Positions 31,335-44,365 of a stretch of 64,000 bases of DNA are shown here, one piece after another (the stretch's first letter is position 1; each line of letters starts with the position of its first letter). A program made the translations under genes and the position numbers. The notes below the pieces were generated by a model that ran no database searches, was not told the origin of the DNA, and saw only the letters and a program-made list of their open reading frames with translations. This DNA comes from Candidatus Binatota bacterium (GTDB taxonomy: Bacteria > Desulfobacterota > Binatia > UBA1149): NCBI GenBank assembly GCA_012960245.1, contig DUBO01000050.1, positions 38,039-102,038 of the forward strand, read 5' to 3'.

Positions 31335-32564
31335 TCAGGCAGCCACCGGGGCGGGAGCGTGACTGTCTATTTCCTGATCGTGGCCGAACTCGCCTTCGCT
31401 GACCACGGCCTCATCGACAACCGGTAACATGCGTATCTTACGATAAAAGCCAGAGCCCAGTATGCGCAGCTTGAGACCCTCGGTCTCGGCCAGGGCACCC
31501 TGGAAAACCCGCCGGTCCGCCGGGCTCATGGCCGCCAGTTGAACGCCCTTTACGTCGGCGATCACCTGCTCGCCCAGCCTGGCTGCAAGACTTTCAAGCA
31601 CGGTGGCCCGCAGCGCGCGGTAGTCGCCTATATCGACGGTGACGCGCAGCCGATCAGCCCGCTCGCCTTTGTGAATCATGCGGTTGAGCACGTGCTCAAG
31701 CGCGTCCAGGCACTGGGCCTCAGGGCCGACCAGAATGGCATCGGTTTCAGATCTGACCGTCACCACGACTTCGTTTCCGTCGTCCACGAGGCTGGCGCTC
31801 ACCCGGCCCGGAAAACCCATGGAAGCGATCAACTGACCCATGAGTTCGGCTCCGAGATCGCAAAGTTTTGCTTTTTCTTCTTCGCTCAAGGGCGGCGAGG
31901 GGGCCTGCTTCTCCTGTTGCCTCTCGGGCTGTTTCTCCCGCTGAGTCCCGGATTGCTGGCTATCAGATTGCTGGCTATCAGATTGCTGACCGCCACCCTG
32001 ACCACCACCACCCTGACCACCGCGGCCCCTGCCGCGACGGCCACGCCGGCGCCCACTGCCACTGCGGGCTTCCTGGTTGCCGCCCCGGCCAGCGTTGCCG
32101 CCCCGGCCAGCGTTGCCTCCCTGGCCGGCGTTGCCGCCCTGGCCAGCGTTGCCGCCCTGGCCGGAAGCGGTATCACCATCCGCAGCCGAAGCTCCGCCAC
32201 CACGATTCCTGGTGTCGTCGCGCTTCTTGTCATCACGCTTCTTGTCATCACGCCGAGCCCGGCCGCCACCCTCTCGGCGATTGCCGCCACGAGAAGCCCC
32301 GCCATCACCTTCACCGCCACGACGACGTCCGCGCCGCCGACGTCCGCTTTGCTCGGCCATGTCGTAACTCTGGCCGTCGTCCATGACACCCGGACGGGGA
32401 GTTGCCCGTACCTGGGCACGACGGGCGCCCACGCCAAGGAATCCCTTGCGCGGATGCCGCTGTATTTTTATCTCAACACGATCACGGGTCAGCCCGAGCT
32501 GATTAAGAGCCAACTGAATGGCTTCTTCGACCGTAACTCCCTGTACCTCGACGCTATCTGACAT
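31335..32564 (-). CDS. jag: Jag/KhpB (Jag_N-KH-R3H RNA-binding protein) with a ~200-aa Gly/Arg/Gln-rich low-complexity insertion
   Basis: N-terminus MSDSVEVQGVTVEEAIQLALNQLGLTRDRVEIKI (Jag_N). C-terminal KH/R3H (...VTVRSETDAILVGPEAQCLDAL...RVFQGALAETEGLKLRILGSGFYRKI). The middle is GRRRRGRRRGGEG...(GNAGQG)x4...QQSDSQQSDSQQSG. Conserved position yidC-jag-mnmE. Confidence 0.8.
   Translation of the reverse strand: MSDSVEVQGVTVEEAIQLALNQLGLTRDRVEIKIQRHPRKGFLGVGARRAQVRATPRPGVMDDGQSYDMAEQSGRRRRGRRRGGEGDGGASRGGNRREGGGRARRDDKKRDDKKRDDTRNRGGGASAADGDTASGQGGNAGQGGNAGQGGNAGRGGNAGRGGNQEARSGSGRRRGRRGRGRGGQGGGGQGGGQQSDSQQSDSQQSGTQREKQPERQQEKQAPSPPLSEEEKAKLCDLGAELMGQLIASMGFPGRVSASLVDDGNEVVVTVRSETDAILVGPEAQCLDALEHVLNRMIHKGERADRLRVTVDIGDYRALRATVLESLAARLGEQVIADVKGVQLAAMSPADRRVFQGALAETEGLKLRILGSGFYRKIRMLPVVDEAVVSEGEFGHDQEIDSHAPAPVAA
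31951..31989. repeat. tandem 15-bp repeat (gattgctggctatca, 2.6 copies) inside jag, encoding QQSDSQQSDSQQSG
   Basis: Read directly. Confidence 0.7.
32077..32160. repeat. tandem 18-bp repeat (about 4.5 copies, ttgccgccc(c/t)ggcc(a/g)gcg) inside jag, encoding (GNAG[QR]G)n
   Basis: Read directly. Units at 32077, 32095, 32113, 32131 and a partial at 32149. Confidence 0.7.
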
Positions 32565-32571
32565 CGGCTTA

Positions 32572-34251
32572 TTACTCCTGTGTCCGCTGCCGGTTGGTGT
32601 GGTACTGCTGCGCGATTGAAAGCAGGTTATTCGTGAACCAGTACAACACCAGGCCGGAGGGAAAGTTTACAAACATGACTGTGAAGACGACGGGCATGAG
32701 CATCATCATCTTCTGCTGGGCGGGATCTCCCATGCTCGGGGTCATGCGCTGTTGGAGGACCATGCTGGCCCCCATGAACAGGGTCATGACCGGTATTCCG
32801 GGCGGGGAGACAAAAGGAATGGCCAGGCTACCGAGTCTGTCGGGCTGCGACAGGTCGGTCATCCAACCGATGAAAGGGGCGTGACGTAGCTCAATTGCCT
32901 GCATGAGCGCGTTGTACAAGCCCAGGAACACGGGGATCTGCACCACCATCGGCAGGCAACCCGAAAGCGGGTTCACCTTGTGACGGCGATAGAGCTCCAT
33001 CATTTCGCGATTGAGGGTCTCGCGATCATCTTTATACTTTTCCTGTATCTTCTTGAGCTCAGGCTGCACTTTCTGCATGGCCTTCATGGCGTGGGCCTGT
33101 CGCTTGTTGACGGGGTAAAACAGTACCCTCACGCCCAGCGTGAGCAGCAGTATCGCCACCCCGAAATTGCCCACGTAGCGCTCCAGGAAAATAAGCGCCT
33201 CGAGCATCGGTCGAGCTATGGCCGAGAACCAGCCCAGGTCGATTGCCGTGTCGAGCGAATGGCCGACGTCTTCGAGCAGGTGCAACCGCTTAGGCCCAAC
33301 GAACAGGCTCCAGGACAGGCTGTCGGTGCCGTCCTCCCACAAGGTGGCTTCGCCCAGGCCTGATCCCGCGGCGGCAACAAACCGCAGCGCGGTAGTTTCA
33401 GGCGGAAAAAATGCCGCCATGAAATAGTGGCTCGCGTAGCCCGCCCAGGTGATCTGGCCCAGCTGGATCAGGGGCTCTTCGAGCCCCGACGCCGCGCTTG
33501 CCTCCAGCTCACCGTCTATAAACCCCACGGGCCCTTCTGTCCCCGCAAAGCGGTTGGCCTGTTCGCCCAACTGCCGGGTCCAGGACAAGCCGGTTGAACG
33601 ACTACCCTCGGCCTTTACCTCCAGCTCTACGTCCAGAACGTAAGAACCCCCGTGCACGGTCACTCGCTTGGTGATCTCTTCGCCCGCCGGGCCCTGGCCA
33701 CGCATGACCACTGCCATATCCGCCCCGAGCCTCTGCACGTCCAGTTCGTAGACAATGTTGCGGTCGTCGCGCGGCTGACCCTCGCCGTCGGTCCAGTAGG
33801 CACCAAGCGGCAGCAAGCTGCCGGCGGTTACCATGTCGAGCGGAGCACTATCGCCCGAGTTCGTTTCATTAAACTCTCGCAGCCGGTAGTGGCGCAGCCG
33901 GCCTCCCCGCGAAGTAAACACCGCCTCGACAAGATCGCTGGAAAGCTCGGCCAGCTGTTCGACGCTTCCCGGCGTGAAATGAATGGGGTCGGCCAACAGT
34001 CCGCGGGCTTCAATCGGGGGCAGCTTCAGTGCCGGCACCGGCGCCGTCGACGATACCGGCGGCGGGATGACCGCTCCCGATAAATCACCGCCGGTGGGTG
34101 CACTGCCAAGGTCGGGTTGCAGCCGCCCCGCTTGCTGTTGATCGGGGGGAAGCTGACCGGGGGGCACCTGCGCTTGAGGCGCAAAAAGATACTGGTAGCC
34201 AACCAGGATCCCGACCGAAAGTATAAATGCTAGTAGTGCTCTCTGTTCCAC
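32572..34251 (-). CDS. yidC: membrane protein insertase YidC
   Basis: C-terminus ...GLVLYWFTNNLLSIAQQYH with a 5-TM core and large periplasmic P1 domain. Probable GTG start (VEQRALLAFILSVGILVGYQYLF). The ORF track extends to 34380 and overlaps yidD. Confidence 0.85.
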   Translation of the reverse strand: MEQRALLAFILSVGILVGYQYLFAPQAQVPPGQLPPDQQQAGRLQPDLGSAPTGGDLSGAVIPPPVSSTAPVPALKLPPIEARGLLADPIHFTPGSVEQLAELSSDLVEAVFTSRGGRLRHYRLREFNETNSGDSAPLDMVTAGSLLPLGAYWTDGEGQPRDDRNIVYELDVQRLGADMAVVMRGQGPAGEEITKRVTVHGGSYVLDVELEVKAEGSRSTGLSWTRQLGEQANRFAGTEGPVGFIDGELEASAASGLEEPLIQLGQITWAGYASHYFMAAFFPPETTALRFVAAAGSGLGEATLWEDGTDSLSWSLFVGPKRLHLLEDVGHSLDTAIDLGWFSAIARPMLEALIFLERYVGNFGVAILLLTLGVRVLFYPVNKRQAHAMKAMQKVQPELKKIQEKYKDDRETLNREMMELYRRHKVNPLSGCLPMVVQIPVFLGLYNALMQAIELRHAPFIGWMTDLSQPDRLGSLAIPFVSPPGIPVMTLFMGASMVLQQRMTPSMGDPAQQKMMMLMPVVFTVMFVNFPSGLVLYWFTNNLLSIAQQYHTNRQRTQE

Positions 34252-34291
34252 CAAGCGGCCCCATCTGAAGGCCGCAACCTGGCTCTCGGTT

Positions 34292-34567
34292 TCAACCCAC
34301 TGGGTCGTAACCCCCGTCGGTGAACGGGTGACAGCGGGCCAATCGCGACAGCGCTCGTGCGCTGCCTGAAATCGGTCCATATCTATCTATCGCGGTCATG
34401 GCATAGGCGGAGCAACTGGGATGGTAGCGACAACTAGGTCCGAGTAGCGGGGATAAAACGGCACGGTAGGCGCGGATCGCATAGACCAGCGCGGCCGCTG
34501 TAAAAGCAGCCCAACTGGCACCAATAGCCCCCAGGCGACTAAGCCCAGGCGCTGACGGATCGGTCAT
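34292..34567 (-). CDS. yidD: membrane protein insertion efficiency factor YidD
   Basis: [53 protein letters not shown]. Internal ATG with GGAGG 8 nt upstream. Confidence 0.85.
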   Translation of the reverse strand: MTDPSAPGLSRLGAIGASWAAFTAAALVYAIRAYRAVLSPLLGPSCRYHPSCSAYAMTAIDRYGPISGSARALSRLARCHPFTDGGYDPVG

Positions 34568-34580
34568 CACTGGACCTCCG

Positions 34581-34937
34581 TCATTCGGTTTTAATGCCCA
34601 CGAGGGCCGCAAGTTCCGTTTCAACATCCCTGTAACTCAAGCTGTCAGCACCCGCTCTGGCTATGACTACGAAATCGTGAGCCGGCTGCAGTTTGTTATA
34701 ATTTAACCTGAAAAATTCTCTGACTCTTCGCTTAATACTGTTCCTTTTGACCGCCGAGCCTACTCTGCGACTCACCGTTATGCCCAGCCTGACGTCCTTC
34801 GTCGGCCCGGGACAAGCGATCAAAACAAAGTGCGGTCCTCTCTTACCGCGATTACCTCGCTGGATGCGCAGAAACTCCGCACGCTTGCGCAAACGACGAG
34901 TGCGGGGGTAAGTAAACCCCATGTGCCTGAGCCCCAT
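34581..34937 (-). CDS. rnpA: ribonuclease P protein component RnpA
   Basis: [27 protein letters not shown]..., a basic protein. Conserved rpmH-rnpA-yidD-yidC order. Confidence 0.85.
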   Translation of the reverse strand: MGLRHMGFTYPRTRRLRKRAEFLRIQRGNRGKRGPHFVLIACPGPTKDVRLGITVSRRVGSAVKRNSIKRRVREFFRLNYNKLQPAHDFVVIARAGADSLSYRDVETELAALVGIKTE

Positions 34938-34978
34938 GTCCTTGAGACCCGTATCCCGTCGGCTTGTCAGCCCGCCTG

Positions 34979-35140
34979 TCAGCCCCTAGCCCGCTTGGGA
35001 GGGGTGGAGACCGCAAGGCGTTTGCGCCCCTTGGCGCGACGATTTCTGATCACGCTACGCCCGCCTGGAGATGACATACGCGCCCTGAACCCATGCCGCC
35101 GGCGGCGACTCTGATTGCTAGGTTGATAGGTTCTTTTCAC
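34979..35140 (-). CDS. rpmH: 50S ribosomal protein L34
   Basis: [45 protein letters not shown] matches the L34 consensus MKRTYQPS..R.R.HGFR.RM. Likely GTG start. Unusual 8-aa C-terminal tail TPPKRARG. Confidence 0.8.
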   Translation of the reverse strand: MKRTYQPSNQSRRRRHGFRARMSSPGGRSVIRNRRAKGRKRLAVSTPPKRARG

Positions 35141-35347
35141 GCATTCAGCTCCCGTCTGAACCTTGCGCAGACTTCCACGCAGGATCCAACCGGGCAAAGC
35201 TGTCACAGCAATTCTATCTTGTCAATTGTACACGGCCTGGAGCAACAGCGCAGTTATTCTATATTACAGGGGTTTAGCGCCGCCGGGGCCGCTATCAAAG
35301 GGAGCTGAGCGAAGGCCGAAGAGAATTCGGGTGCCCCCTCGGCAAGC

Positions 35348-36376
35348 TCAGTGAAACTCGGGCTTGAGACTGCGCCCAAGCAGCTCCGAGAGGGCCTGGG
35401 ACGGGGCCATGCCGTTGTAAAGGACCTCGTAGCAGGTCTCGACTATGGGCATTTCGACACCGTGCCTGTCTGCCAGCATCTTCACCGAGCGCGTATTGCG
35501 TACGCCCTCCACCACCATGCGCATGCTGCCCAGGATCTGCTCCACGTCCTCGCCGCGGCCTATTCGCAAGCCGAACTGGCGGTTGCGGCTCAGGTCGCCC
35601 GTGCAGGTCAACACGAGGTCGCCCAGTCCCGACAAGCCCGACAATGTTTCGGGACGAGCGCCGAGCGCCGCGGCAAGGCGCTGCGTTTCGGCCAGGGCCC
35701 TGGTTATCGTCGCTGCCCGTGCGTTGTGTCCCAGGCCCAGCCCATCGCCGGCACCCGTGGCAATGGCAATCACGTTCTTCACCACGCCGCCCACCTCGAC
35801 ACCGGTCACGTCGGTGCTGCTGTAGACCCTCAGGTTGAGAGACGCAAAGTTGTGCTGGATGCTCTCGGCGGTCTCCTGGTCAGCGGCCGCGGCTACCACC
35901 ACGGTGGGCATTCCAGCTGCCACCTCGGTGGCAAAGCTTGGTCCTGACAGGACACCGACGCGCGGCATAACAGAGCTGCCGCCACCCTGCCGCTGCGCGG
36001 CGAGGCATTCACCAATTACCGCGGTCATGGTGGCACAGCTTTCGTCTTCGATGCCCTTGGATGCCGACACCACCACCGCGTCGTCCGCGATCCACGGCGC
36101 CACCGCAGTCATGGTCTCGCGCATTGCGTGCGAAGGCACAACCGCCACCACCAGGCTGGCGCCGGCGAGCGCCTGCTCGGCATCACTGGTCGCCTTGAGA
36201 TTTTCGTTGAGTTTGAGCCCGGGCAGGTAGACCGGGTTCTCATGCCTGGCGTTGACCGCCGCTGCGACTTCTTTGCCCCGCGACCAGAGTACCGTTTCGT
36301 GGCCGTTGCCAGCCAGCAGACTAGCCAGGGCTGTTCCCCAGCTACCAGCCCCCAGCACCGCAGCCTTCACGGGCAC
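35348..36376 (-). CDS. gpsA: NAD(P)H-dependent glycerol-3-phosphate dehydrogenase GpsA
   Basis: MPVKAAVLGAGSWGTALASLLAGNGHETVLWSRGKEVAAAVNARHENPVYLPGLKL. Confidence 0.9.
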   Translation of the reverse strand: MPVKAAVLGAGSWGTALASLLAGNGHETVLWSRGKEVAAAVNARHENPVYLPGLKLNENLKATSDAEQALAGASLVVAVVPSHAMRETMTAVAPWIADDAVVVSASKGIEDESCATMTAVIGECLAAQRQGGGSSVMPRVGVLSGPSFATEVAAGMPTVVVAAAADQETAESIQHNFASLNLRVYSSTDVTGVEVGGVVKNVIAIATGAGDGLGLGHNARAATITRALAETQRLAAALGARPETLSGLSGLGDLVLTCTGDLSRNRQFGLRIGRGEDVEQILGSMRMVVEGVRNTRSVKMLADRHGVEMPIVETCYEVLYNGMAPSQALSELLGRSLKPEFH

Positions 36377-36381
36377 GCCGC

Positions 36382-38865
36382 CTAGTCTCCCTCTTCCGGT
36401 GTTTCTATATCGGCCATCGACTCGGTGTCGACCTCTGCCACCAGCGCCACCGAGGCCACTTTCTCGCCACCACCGGAGTCTACCTTCACCAGGCGCACGC
36501 CCTGGGTCTGGCGCCCGATGACACGGATATCACCCACGCCCATGCGAATGAGCTTGCCGCCGTCTGTAACCAGTACGACGTCGTCATCAACATCGGCGAT
36601 CTGTACCACTCCCACGACCTGGCCGGTCTTGGGGGTAACCTTCATGGTGTAAACACCCTTGGCGCCGCGCTTCACCAGCCGGTAGGTCTCGATCTTGCTG
36701 CGCTTGCCGTATCCGTTGGCCGACACCGTGAGCAGCGTGGCTCCAGCCTCGACGACCTCCATCGACACCACGACGTCACCCTTACCCAGGGTGGCACCGC
36801 GCACTCCACCGGCCGTACGGCCCATCGAACGAACATCGGTCTCCTTGAAACGCACCAGCATTCCGTTGCGGGTCGACAGCGCCATTTCCTTGGAGCCGTT
36901 GGTGATGCGTACCGAGATCAACTCGTCCTTGCCCACAAGGTTGATGGCCCTTATGCCGTTGGTCCGGGGTCGCGAAAAATCCATCAATGGCGTTTTCTTC
37001 ACCGTCCCGGCCCGCGTTGCAAAGAACACGAACTGGTCCTTGGTGAACTCACGCACCGCGAGAAACGCCGACAACTCCTCGCCGGGCTGAAGGGGCAGCA
37101 GGTTCACTATCGCCTTGCCACGCGCCACGCGCCCAGCCTGGGGCAGCTCATGGACCTTTCGCCAGTACACCCGGCCCCGGTTGGTGAAAAACATCAGGTA
37201 GGAGTGGGTGGAGGCCACGAACATGTGCTCGATAAAGTCCTCGCCCTTGGTCCCGGCCCCGGTTTTACCGCGGCCACCGCGCCGCTGCTGCCTGTACAGC
37301 GAAGTCGCGTTACGCTTGATGTAACCCTCGTGCGAGACGGTAACCACCATCTCTTCGTCCACGATCATGTCCTCGATGCCGATGTCGTCGGTAGCCTCGG
37401 CTATCTCGGTACGACGTTCGTCACCGTATTTCAGCGCCAACTCTTCAAGCTCGGTGGAAATAATTTTCAACACCTCGGCCTTGTCCGAGAGTATTTTCTT
37501 CAGCCGGCGTATCAGTGCACGAACTTCCTTATGCTCTTGAAGAATCTTGTCGCGCTCGAGTCCGGTCAAGCGCTGCAGGCGCATGTCGAGAATGGCCTGG
37601 GCCTGCACCAATGACAGCTCGAATTTATCGACCAGTTGCTCTCTTGCCGTAACGGCGTCCTTGGCCTTGCGGATGAGCTTGATGACCGCATCGAGGTTGT
37701 CCAGCGCGATCTTAAGGCCCTCTAGTATGTGCAGCCTCGCCTCGGCCTTGCGCAGGTCAAACGCGGTGGCCCGGATAACCATCTCGCGCCGGTGATCAAT
37801 AAAGTGGACCAGCGCCGACTTGAGGTTGAGCAACTTCGGCACACCGTCCACCAGGGCGACCATGCGCACCGAGAAGGTCTGCTGCATCTGCGTGTGCTTG
37901 TAGAGGTTGTTGAGCACCACCAGGGGCACAGCGTCCTTTTTGAGCTCCACCACGATACGCATGCCATCACGGTCCGACTCGTCACGGAGGTCGGAGATAC
38001 CCTCGATTTTCTTGGCGTTGACCAGTAGCGCAATCTTCTCGATCAGCACCGACTTGTTCACCTGGTAGGGGATCTCGTTGATCACGATGCGCGAGCGCCC
38101 GGTACGTGAATCGGTCTCGGTGCTGGCGTTGGCCCGTACCTGCAGCTTGGCCCGCCCGGTCTGGTAGGCTTCCTTGATGGGCGCCCTCCCGAATATGGTG
38201 GCACCGGTAGGAAAATCCGGCCCCGTGACGTGCTTCATAAGCCCGTCGATCGAAATCTCCGGGTCGTCGATGAGGGCGCGCAGCGCAGCGCAGATTTCAC
38301 GCAGGTTGTGAGGGGGGATCGACGTCGTCATGCCCACTGCGATACCGGTCGCGCCGTTAATGAGAAGGTTGGGCACGCGCGCAGGCATAACCGTGGGCTC
38401 GGCCGTGCTGCCATCGTAGTTGGGAATGAACTCGACGGTTTCCTTGTCGATGTCGACGAGCATTTCACCCGCCAGCCGTGACATGCGGACCTCGGTGTAA
38501 CGCATGGCCGCAGCGGCGTCGCCGTCTACAGAACCAAAGTTGCCCTGGCCGTCAACGAGCAGGTAGCGCAGCGAAAAATCCTGGGCCATGCGAACGATGG
38601 TGTCGTAAACCGCCTGGTCGCCATGCGGGTGGTATTTACCGATAACGTCACCGACCACGCGCGCTGATTTCTTCGGCGGTTTATTCCAATCGTTGCTGAG
38701 ATCGTACATCGCGTAGAGCACGCGACGGTGCACGGGTTTCAATCCATCGCGCACGTCGGGCAGCGCACGACCGATGATGACACTCATCGCGTAGTCCACG
38801 AAGGACGCACGCATCTCGTCCTTGATCTCTATGGGCAGCTCGGGGCGGCGTACGTTAGCTTCCAT
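36382..38865 (-). CDS. gyrA: DNA gyrase subunit A
   Basis: [42 protein letters not shown]... with the active-site Tyr region and a C-terminal beta-pinwheel. Confidence 0.95.
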   Translation of the reverse strand: MEANVRRPELPIEIKDEMRASFVDYAMSVIIGRALPDVRDGLKPVHRRVLYAMYDLSNDWNKPPKKSARVVGDVIGKYHPHGDQAVYDTIVRMAQDFSLRYLLVDGQGNFGSVDGDAAAAMRYTEVRMSRLAGEMLVDIDKETVEFIPNYDGSTAEPTVMPARVPNLLINGATGIAVGMTTSIPPHNLREICAALRALIDDPEISIDGLMKHVTGPDFPTGATIFGRAPIKEAYQTGRAKLQVRANASTETDSRTGRSRIVINEIPYQVNKSVLIEKIALLVNAKKIEGISDLRDESDRDGMRIVVELKKDAVPLVVLNNLYKHTQMQQTFSVRMVALVDGVPKLLNLKSALVHFIDHRREMVIRATAFDLRKAEARLHILEGLKIALDNLDAVIKLIRKAKDAVTAREQLVDKFELSLVQAQAILDMRLQRLTGLERDKILQEHKEVRALIRRLKKILSDKAEVLKIISTELEELALKYGDERRTEIAEATDDIGIEDMIVDEEMVVTVSHEGYIKRNATSLYRQQRRGGRGKTGAGTKGEDFIEHMFVASTHSYLMFFTNRGRVYWRKVHELPQAGRVARGKAIVNLLPLQPGEELSAFLAVREFTKDQFVFFATRAGTVKKTPLMDFSRPRTNGIRAINLVGKDELISVRITNGSKEMALSTRNGMLVRFKETDVRSMGRTAGGVRGATLGKGDVVVSMEVVEAGATLLTVSANGYGKRSKIETYRLVKRGAKGVYTMKVTPKTGQVVGVVQIADVDDDVVLVTDGGKLIRMGVGDIRVIGRQTQGVRLVKVDSGGGEKVASVALVAEVDTESMADIETPEEGD

Positions 38866-38876
38866 GCTTCATACCG

Positions 38877-41432
<2,556 letters not shown>

Positions 41433-41589
41433 TCAAGGGGTCGTCCCGACACCGGCCAAAGTATCAATCAGGGCTCGGAAAGTAAAACGGGTCTGCGGCT
41501 GTTCACCCGCAAAAAACAAGGCCGAAATCAGGGGACCGGGACCCCGATATTATTCCGTAGGGGGATCTTTTTCGGCCCGACGGCCGAGC

Positions 41590-42714
41590 TCATATACGCA
41601 TTGGCATAACGACGTAGCAGTAGTCCTTGTCGATTCCCCTGACGACGCCGGGGCTGAGCTGATCCTTGAGCGAAATCTCGACGTTTTCGTTGTCCGGAAG
41701 CACGTTGAGAACGTCGAGAAGGTAACGGCTGTTAAAGCCGATCTCGATCTCATCACCTCCGTACTTGACCTTCACATCTTCGCTGGCTTCGCCCAGGTCG
41801 GGGTTATTGGCCGACACCTCGAGAGAATCCTCCTGGACGCTGAACTTGATGCCTCGGGCTCGCTCACTCGAAAGCAAGGACACCCTGCGTACGGTCTGCA
41901 ACAGGCTGTCCCGTTCGGCTACCATCAGGTGAGGAACCTTTTTTGGTACGACCTGGTTGTAGTCAGGAAAATTACCCTCGACCAGGCGCATGCTCATTAT
42001 CGCGCTGCCAGCCTCGAGGAAGGCCTCGTTAGCGGTGATCGATAGCTTGACGTCTGCTTCCGAGGCCATATCGGAAAGTATCCTGGCAGTTTCGTTAAGG
42101 CCCTTGCGGGGTAGAATTACCCCGGAAGGAATTTCACCGCTGCTGTTCTTTTTTTCTATCATCGCCAGGCGATGACCGTCGGTAGCGACCATCCTCAACA
42201 GGCCACCTTCGGTAGCCGATTCCAAGTAGACCCCCGCCAGGTTGGACCTTGTGTCGTCGGTGGACACGGCGAAGATGGTTTTCTGTATCATGTCGAGAAG
42301 TTCGTTGACCTTGAATGAAAGAACCGTCGTGGCGCTACCGTTTCCCGGCGAATCGGAGACCCCCGGATGGTCGGAAGGGTCAATTCCCATCAGCTTGAAG
42401 TCTGAGCGACCGTAAGCCACTTCGACCCAGCTGTTCTTGAGAACCTTGAGCTTGAGTTCGATGCCGTCGGGAGCCTCCCTGACGATTTCGAACAACTTGC
42501 GGGCCGATACTGCCACTGTGCCGGGTTTTTTTACCTGGGCTGGACAGGACTGGCGCAGCCCGATTTCAAGATCGCTGGCCAGGACGATCACAGAGTCTGA
42601 ATCAGTTTCGATCACCAGGTTGGTGAGCACTGGCATCGAGTGTCTTCGGTCGACCACTCCCTGGCAGCGGTTGAGTACGGTAAGGAAGGATTCTCTTTCT
42701 AGGGTTATCTCCAT
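41590..42714 (-). CDS. dnaN: DNA polymerase III beta sliding clamp DnaN
   Basis: MEITLERESFLTVLNRCQGVVDRRHSMPVLTNLVIE... Three-domain clamp, about 374 aa. Directly downstream of dnaA. Confidence 0.9.
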   Translation of the reverse strand: MEITLERESFLTVLNRCQGVVDRRHSMPVLTNLVIETDSDSVIVLASDLEIGLRQSCPAQVKKPGTVAVSARKLFEIVREAPDGIELKLKVLKNSWVEVAYGRSDFKLMGIDPSDHPGVSDSPGNGSATTVLSFKVNELLDMIQKTIFAVSTDDTRSNLAGVYLESATEGGLLRMVATDGHRLAMIEKKNSSGEIPSGVILPRKGLNETARILSDMASEADVKLSITANEAFLEAGSAIMSMRLVEGNFPDYNQVVPKKVPHLMVAERDSLLQTVRRVSLLSSERARGIKFSVQEDSLEVSANNPDLGEASEDVKVKYGGDEIEIGFNSRYLLDVLNVLPDNENVEISLKDQLSPGVVRGIDKDYCYVVMPMRI

Positions 42715-42935
42715 GCGGACCTCTTCAGTAATAAAGGAATAGACTTATCCTGTTACTGTTGTTAGATGCCAACTTTCGAGGGATAAGTTCGTAAGTTGTT
42801 GTATTGATGTAGTATTGTATGCACAGCAAGCCTGTGCGCTTCCTGCTGACAATCTGAGCGTAACTCCTTTCTTTGTGTTTCGGCTGCGATAGGCAAAATC
42901 TGCGCACAGCCCAGCGCATAACTTATCCACAGCCA
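42715..42935. other. candidate oriC / DNA-unwinding element: AT-rich dnaA-dnaN spacer with DnaA boxes
   Basis: About 200 bp of markedly AT-rich DNA in a GC-rich genome (e.g. gttgtattgatgtagtattgtatgcac). Contains TTATCCACA at 42924-42932 and DnaA-box-like cttatcctg / gggataagt. Confidence 0.5.
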
Positions 42936-44284
42936 ATCATCCTCGTCACGGTGTCGACCAGATCGCGAAAACGGGGGTCGTCACTACGCTTCTTTTCGAC
43001 CACCCGGCAGGCGTGGACCACGGTTGAGTGGTCGCGGCCACCGAGGAACTCACCAATGCGGGGAAACGAAGCGCCGGCGTGGTTGCGCATGATGTACATG
43101 GCCACCTGCCTTGCTTCGGCCACCTTCTTGGTGCGCCGTCGTGCCGCCAGTTCACCGGGCCTGAGGCCGAAGTGGCGGTTGACCCCGGTAGCTATGTCCT
43201 CGAGGCCGATTTCCTTCTGGCCATTGCCGCCGCTGGTGGCGAGCAGTTCCCTGGCCAGGTCCAGTGTCAGTTCACTGCGGTTCAACGAAGCGTAAGCACT
43301 CAAGCGGGTGAGCGCGCCCTCCAGATCACGGACGTTGGAGTCGATCTGAGAGGCCACGTAGCTCATCACCTCGTCGGGCACGCTTATGCTCTCGGCCTGG
43401 GCTTTGCGCCGCAGAATGGCCACGCGGGTTTCGGCGTCGGGTGACTGGATGTCCGCCACCAGGCCCCAGCCGAAGCGGTTGCAGAGCCGTTCTTCAACAC
43501 CCTGTATCTCGTTGGGAAACTTGTCCGAGGTCAGCACGATCTGCTTGCCGCTGTCATAGAGCGCGTTGAAGACGTGGAAGAATTCTTCCTGGGTACGCTC
43601 GCGGCCAGCGAGAAACTGTATGTCGTCGACCACGAGCACGTCCATGCGGCGAACGCGGTTTTTGAATTCCTGCACGCGGTTGCGGGAGATGGCGTCGATG
43701 AGCTGGTTGGTGAAGCTGTCGGTGGACAGGAACAACACCCGCGCGTTGGGGTCAGAGTCGACGATGGCGTTGCCGATGGCGTTTGCCAGGTGAGTTTTAC
43801 CCAGTCCCACACCACCAAAAATAAAAAAGGGGTTGTAAAGCGCGCCCGGCTGCCCGGCCACCGCGCGGGCGGCGGCATGTGCAAACTGGTTGCTGGGGCC
43901 GACCACGAAGTTGTCGAAATCGTAGCGGGCAAGGAAGCCCCCGGGCCGTCGCGCAGGAGGTTTTCTGACTTTCTGGCTGGCCTTGTCCGGCTCGTCGGCA
44001 AACAGGTTTCCCTGGGCCGGCTGCTCGTCGCAGACAAGGCGCAGGGTGTTCCGTTGTCCACTGGCCTCGGTCCAGGCTGTGGATATGTCGTCGAGAAAGT
44101 TCTCCTCTATCCAGGACGCACAGAGCCGGTTGGGGACAGTGATTTCCAGCGCCCCATCAGGTGCCGGACGCGTTTTCATGGGCTCAATCCAGGATTCGAA
44201 GTCCTCATCGGATACAACCGCCCTGAGCGAGCTAACGACTTGATTCCAAAGGGTTTTAAAGTTGACCGACGGGGCGTTTTCCAC
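42923..44284 (-). CDS. dnaA: chromosomal replication initiator DnaA
   Basis: N-terminus ...FKTLWNQVVSSLRAVVSDEDFESWIEP. AAA+ region GGVGLGKTHLANAIGNAI...LLVVDDIQFLAGRERTQEEFFHVFNAL. C-terminal DNA-binding region ...VAEARQVAMYIMRNHAGASFPRIGEFLGGRDHSTVVHA. Start uncertain (GTG/TTG). The ORF track extends to 44320. Confidence 0.9.
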   Translation of the reverse strand: MENAPSVNFKTLWNQVVSSLRAVVSDEDFESWIEPMKTRPAPDGALEITVPNRLCASWIEENFLDDISTAWTEASGQRNTLRLVCDEQPAQGNLFADEPDKASQKVRKPPARRPGGFLARYDFDNFVVGPSNQFAHAAARAVAGQPGALYNPFFIFGGVGLGKTHLANAIGNAIVDSDPNARVLFLSTDSFTNQLIDAISRNRVQEFKNRVRRMDVLVVDDIQFLAGRERTQEEFFHVFNALYDSGKQIVLTSDKFPNEIQGVEERLCNRFGWGLVADIQSPDAETRVAILRRKAQAESISVPDEVMSYVASQIDSNVRDLEGALTRLSAYASLNRSELTLDLARELLATSGGNGQKEIGLEDIATGVNRHFGLRPGELAARRRTKKVAEARQVAMYIMRNHAGASFPRIGEFLGGRDHSTVVHACRVVEKKRSDDPRFRDLVDTVTRMIGCG

Positions 44285-44310
44285 AACAATTACCAAACTT
44301 AGACACAGGG

Positions 44311-44365
44311 TTATCCACAACTGTTGATAACCCGTATCGCGGGGCCGCGGTGGAACTTATCCACA
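44311..44365. promoter_or_regulatory. DnaA-box cluster upstream of dnaA (two perfect TTATCCACA plus TTATCAACA)
   Basis: ttatccaca at 44311-44319 and 44357-44365. tgttgataa (reverse complement TTATCAACA) at 44323-44331. Confidence 0.7.

Noticed and set aside
32077-32160. Possible CRISPR-like array (regular 18-bp repeats)
   Set aside because: The units are contiguous with no spacers and lie in-frame inside jag encoding GNAGQG repeats. This is a coding microsatellite, not a CRISPR.
35141-35347. rpmH promoter and DnaA boxes in the gpsA-rpmH spacer
   Set aside because: Only weak -10-like hexamers (tacaat) without a matching -35, and no TTATCCACA-like boxes, so I did not annotate it.
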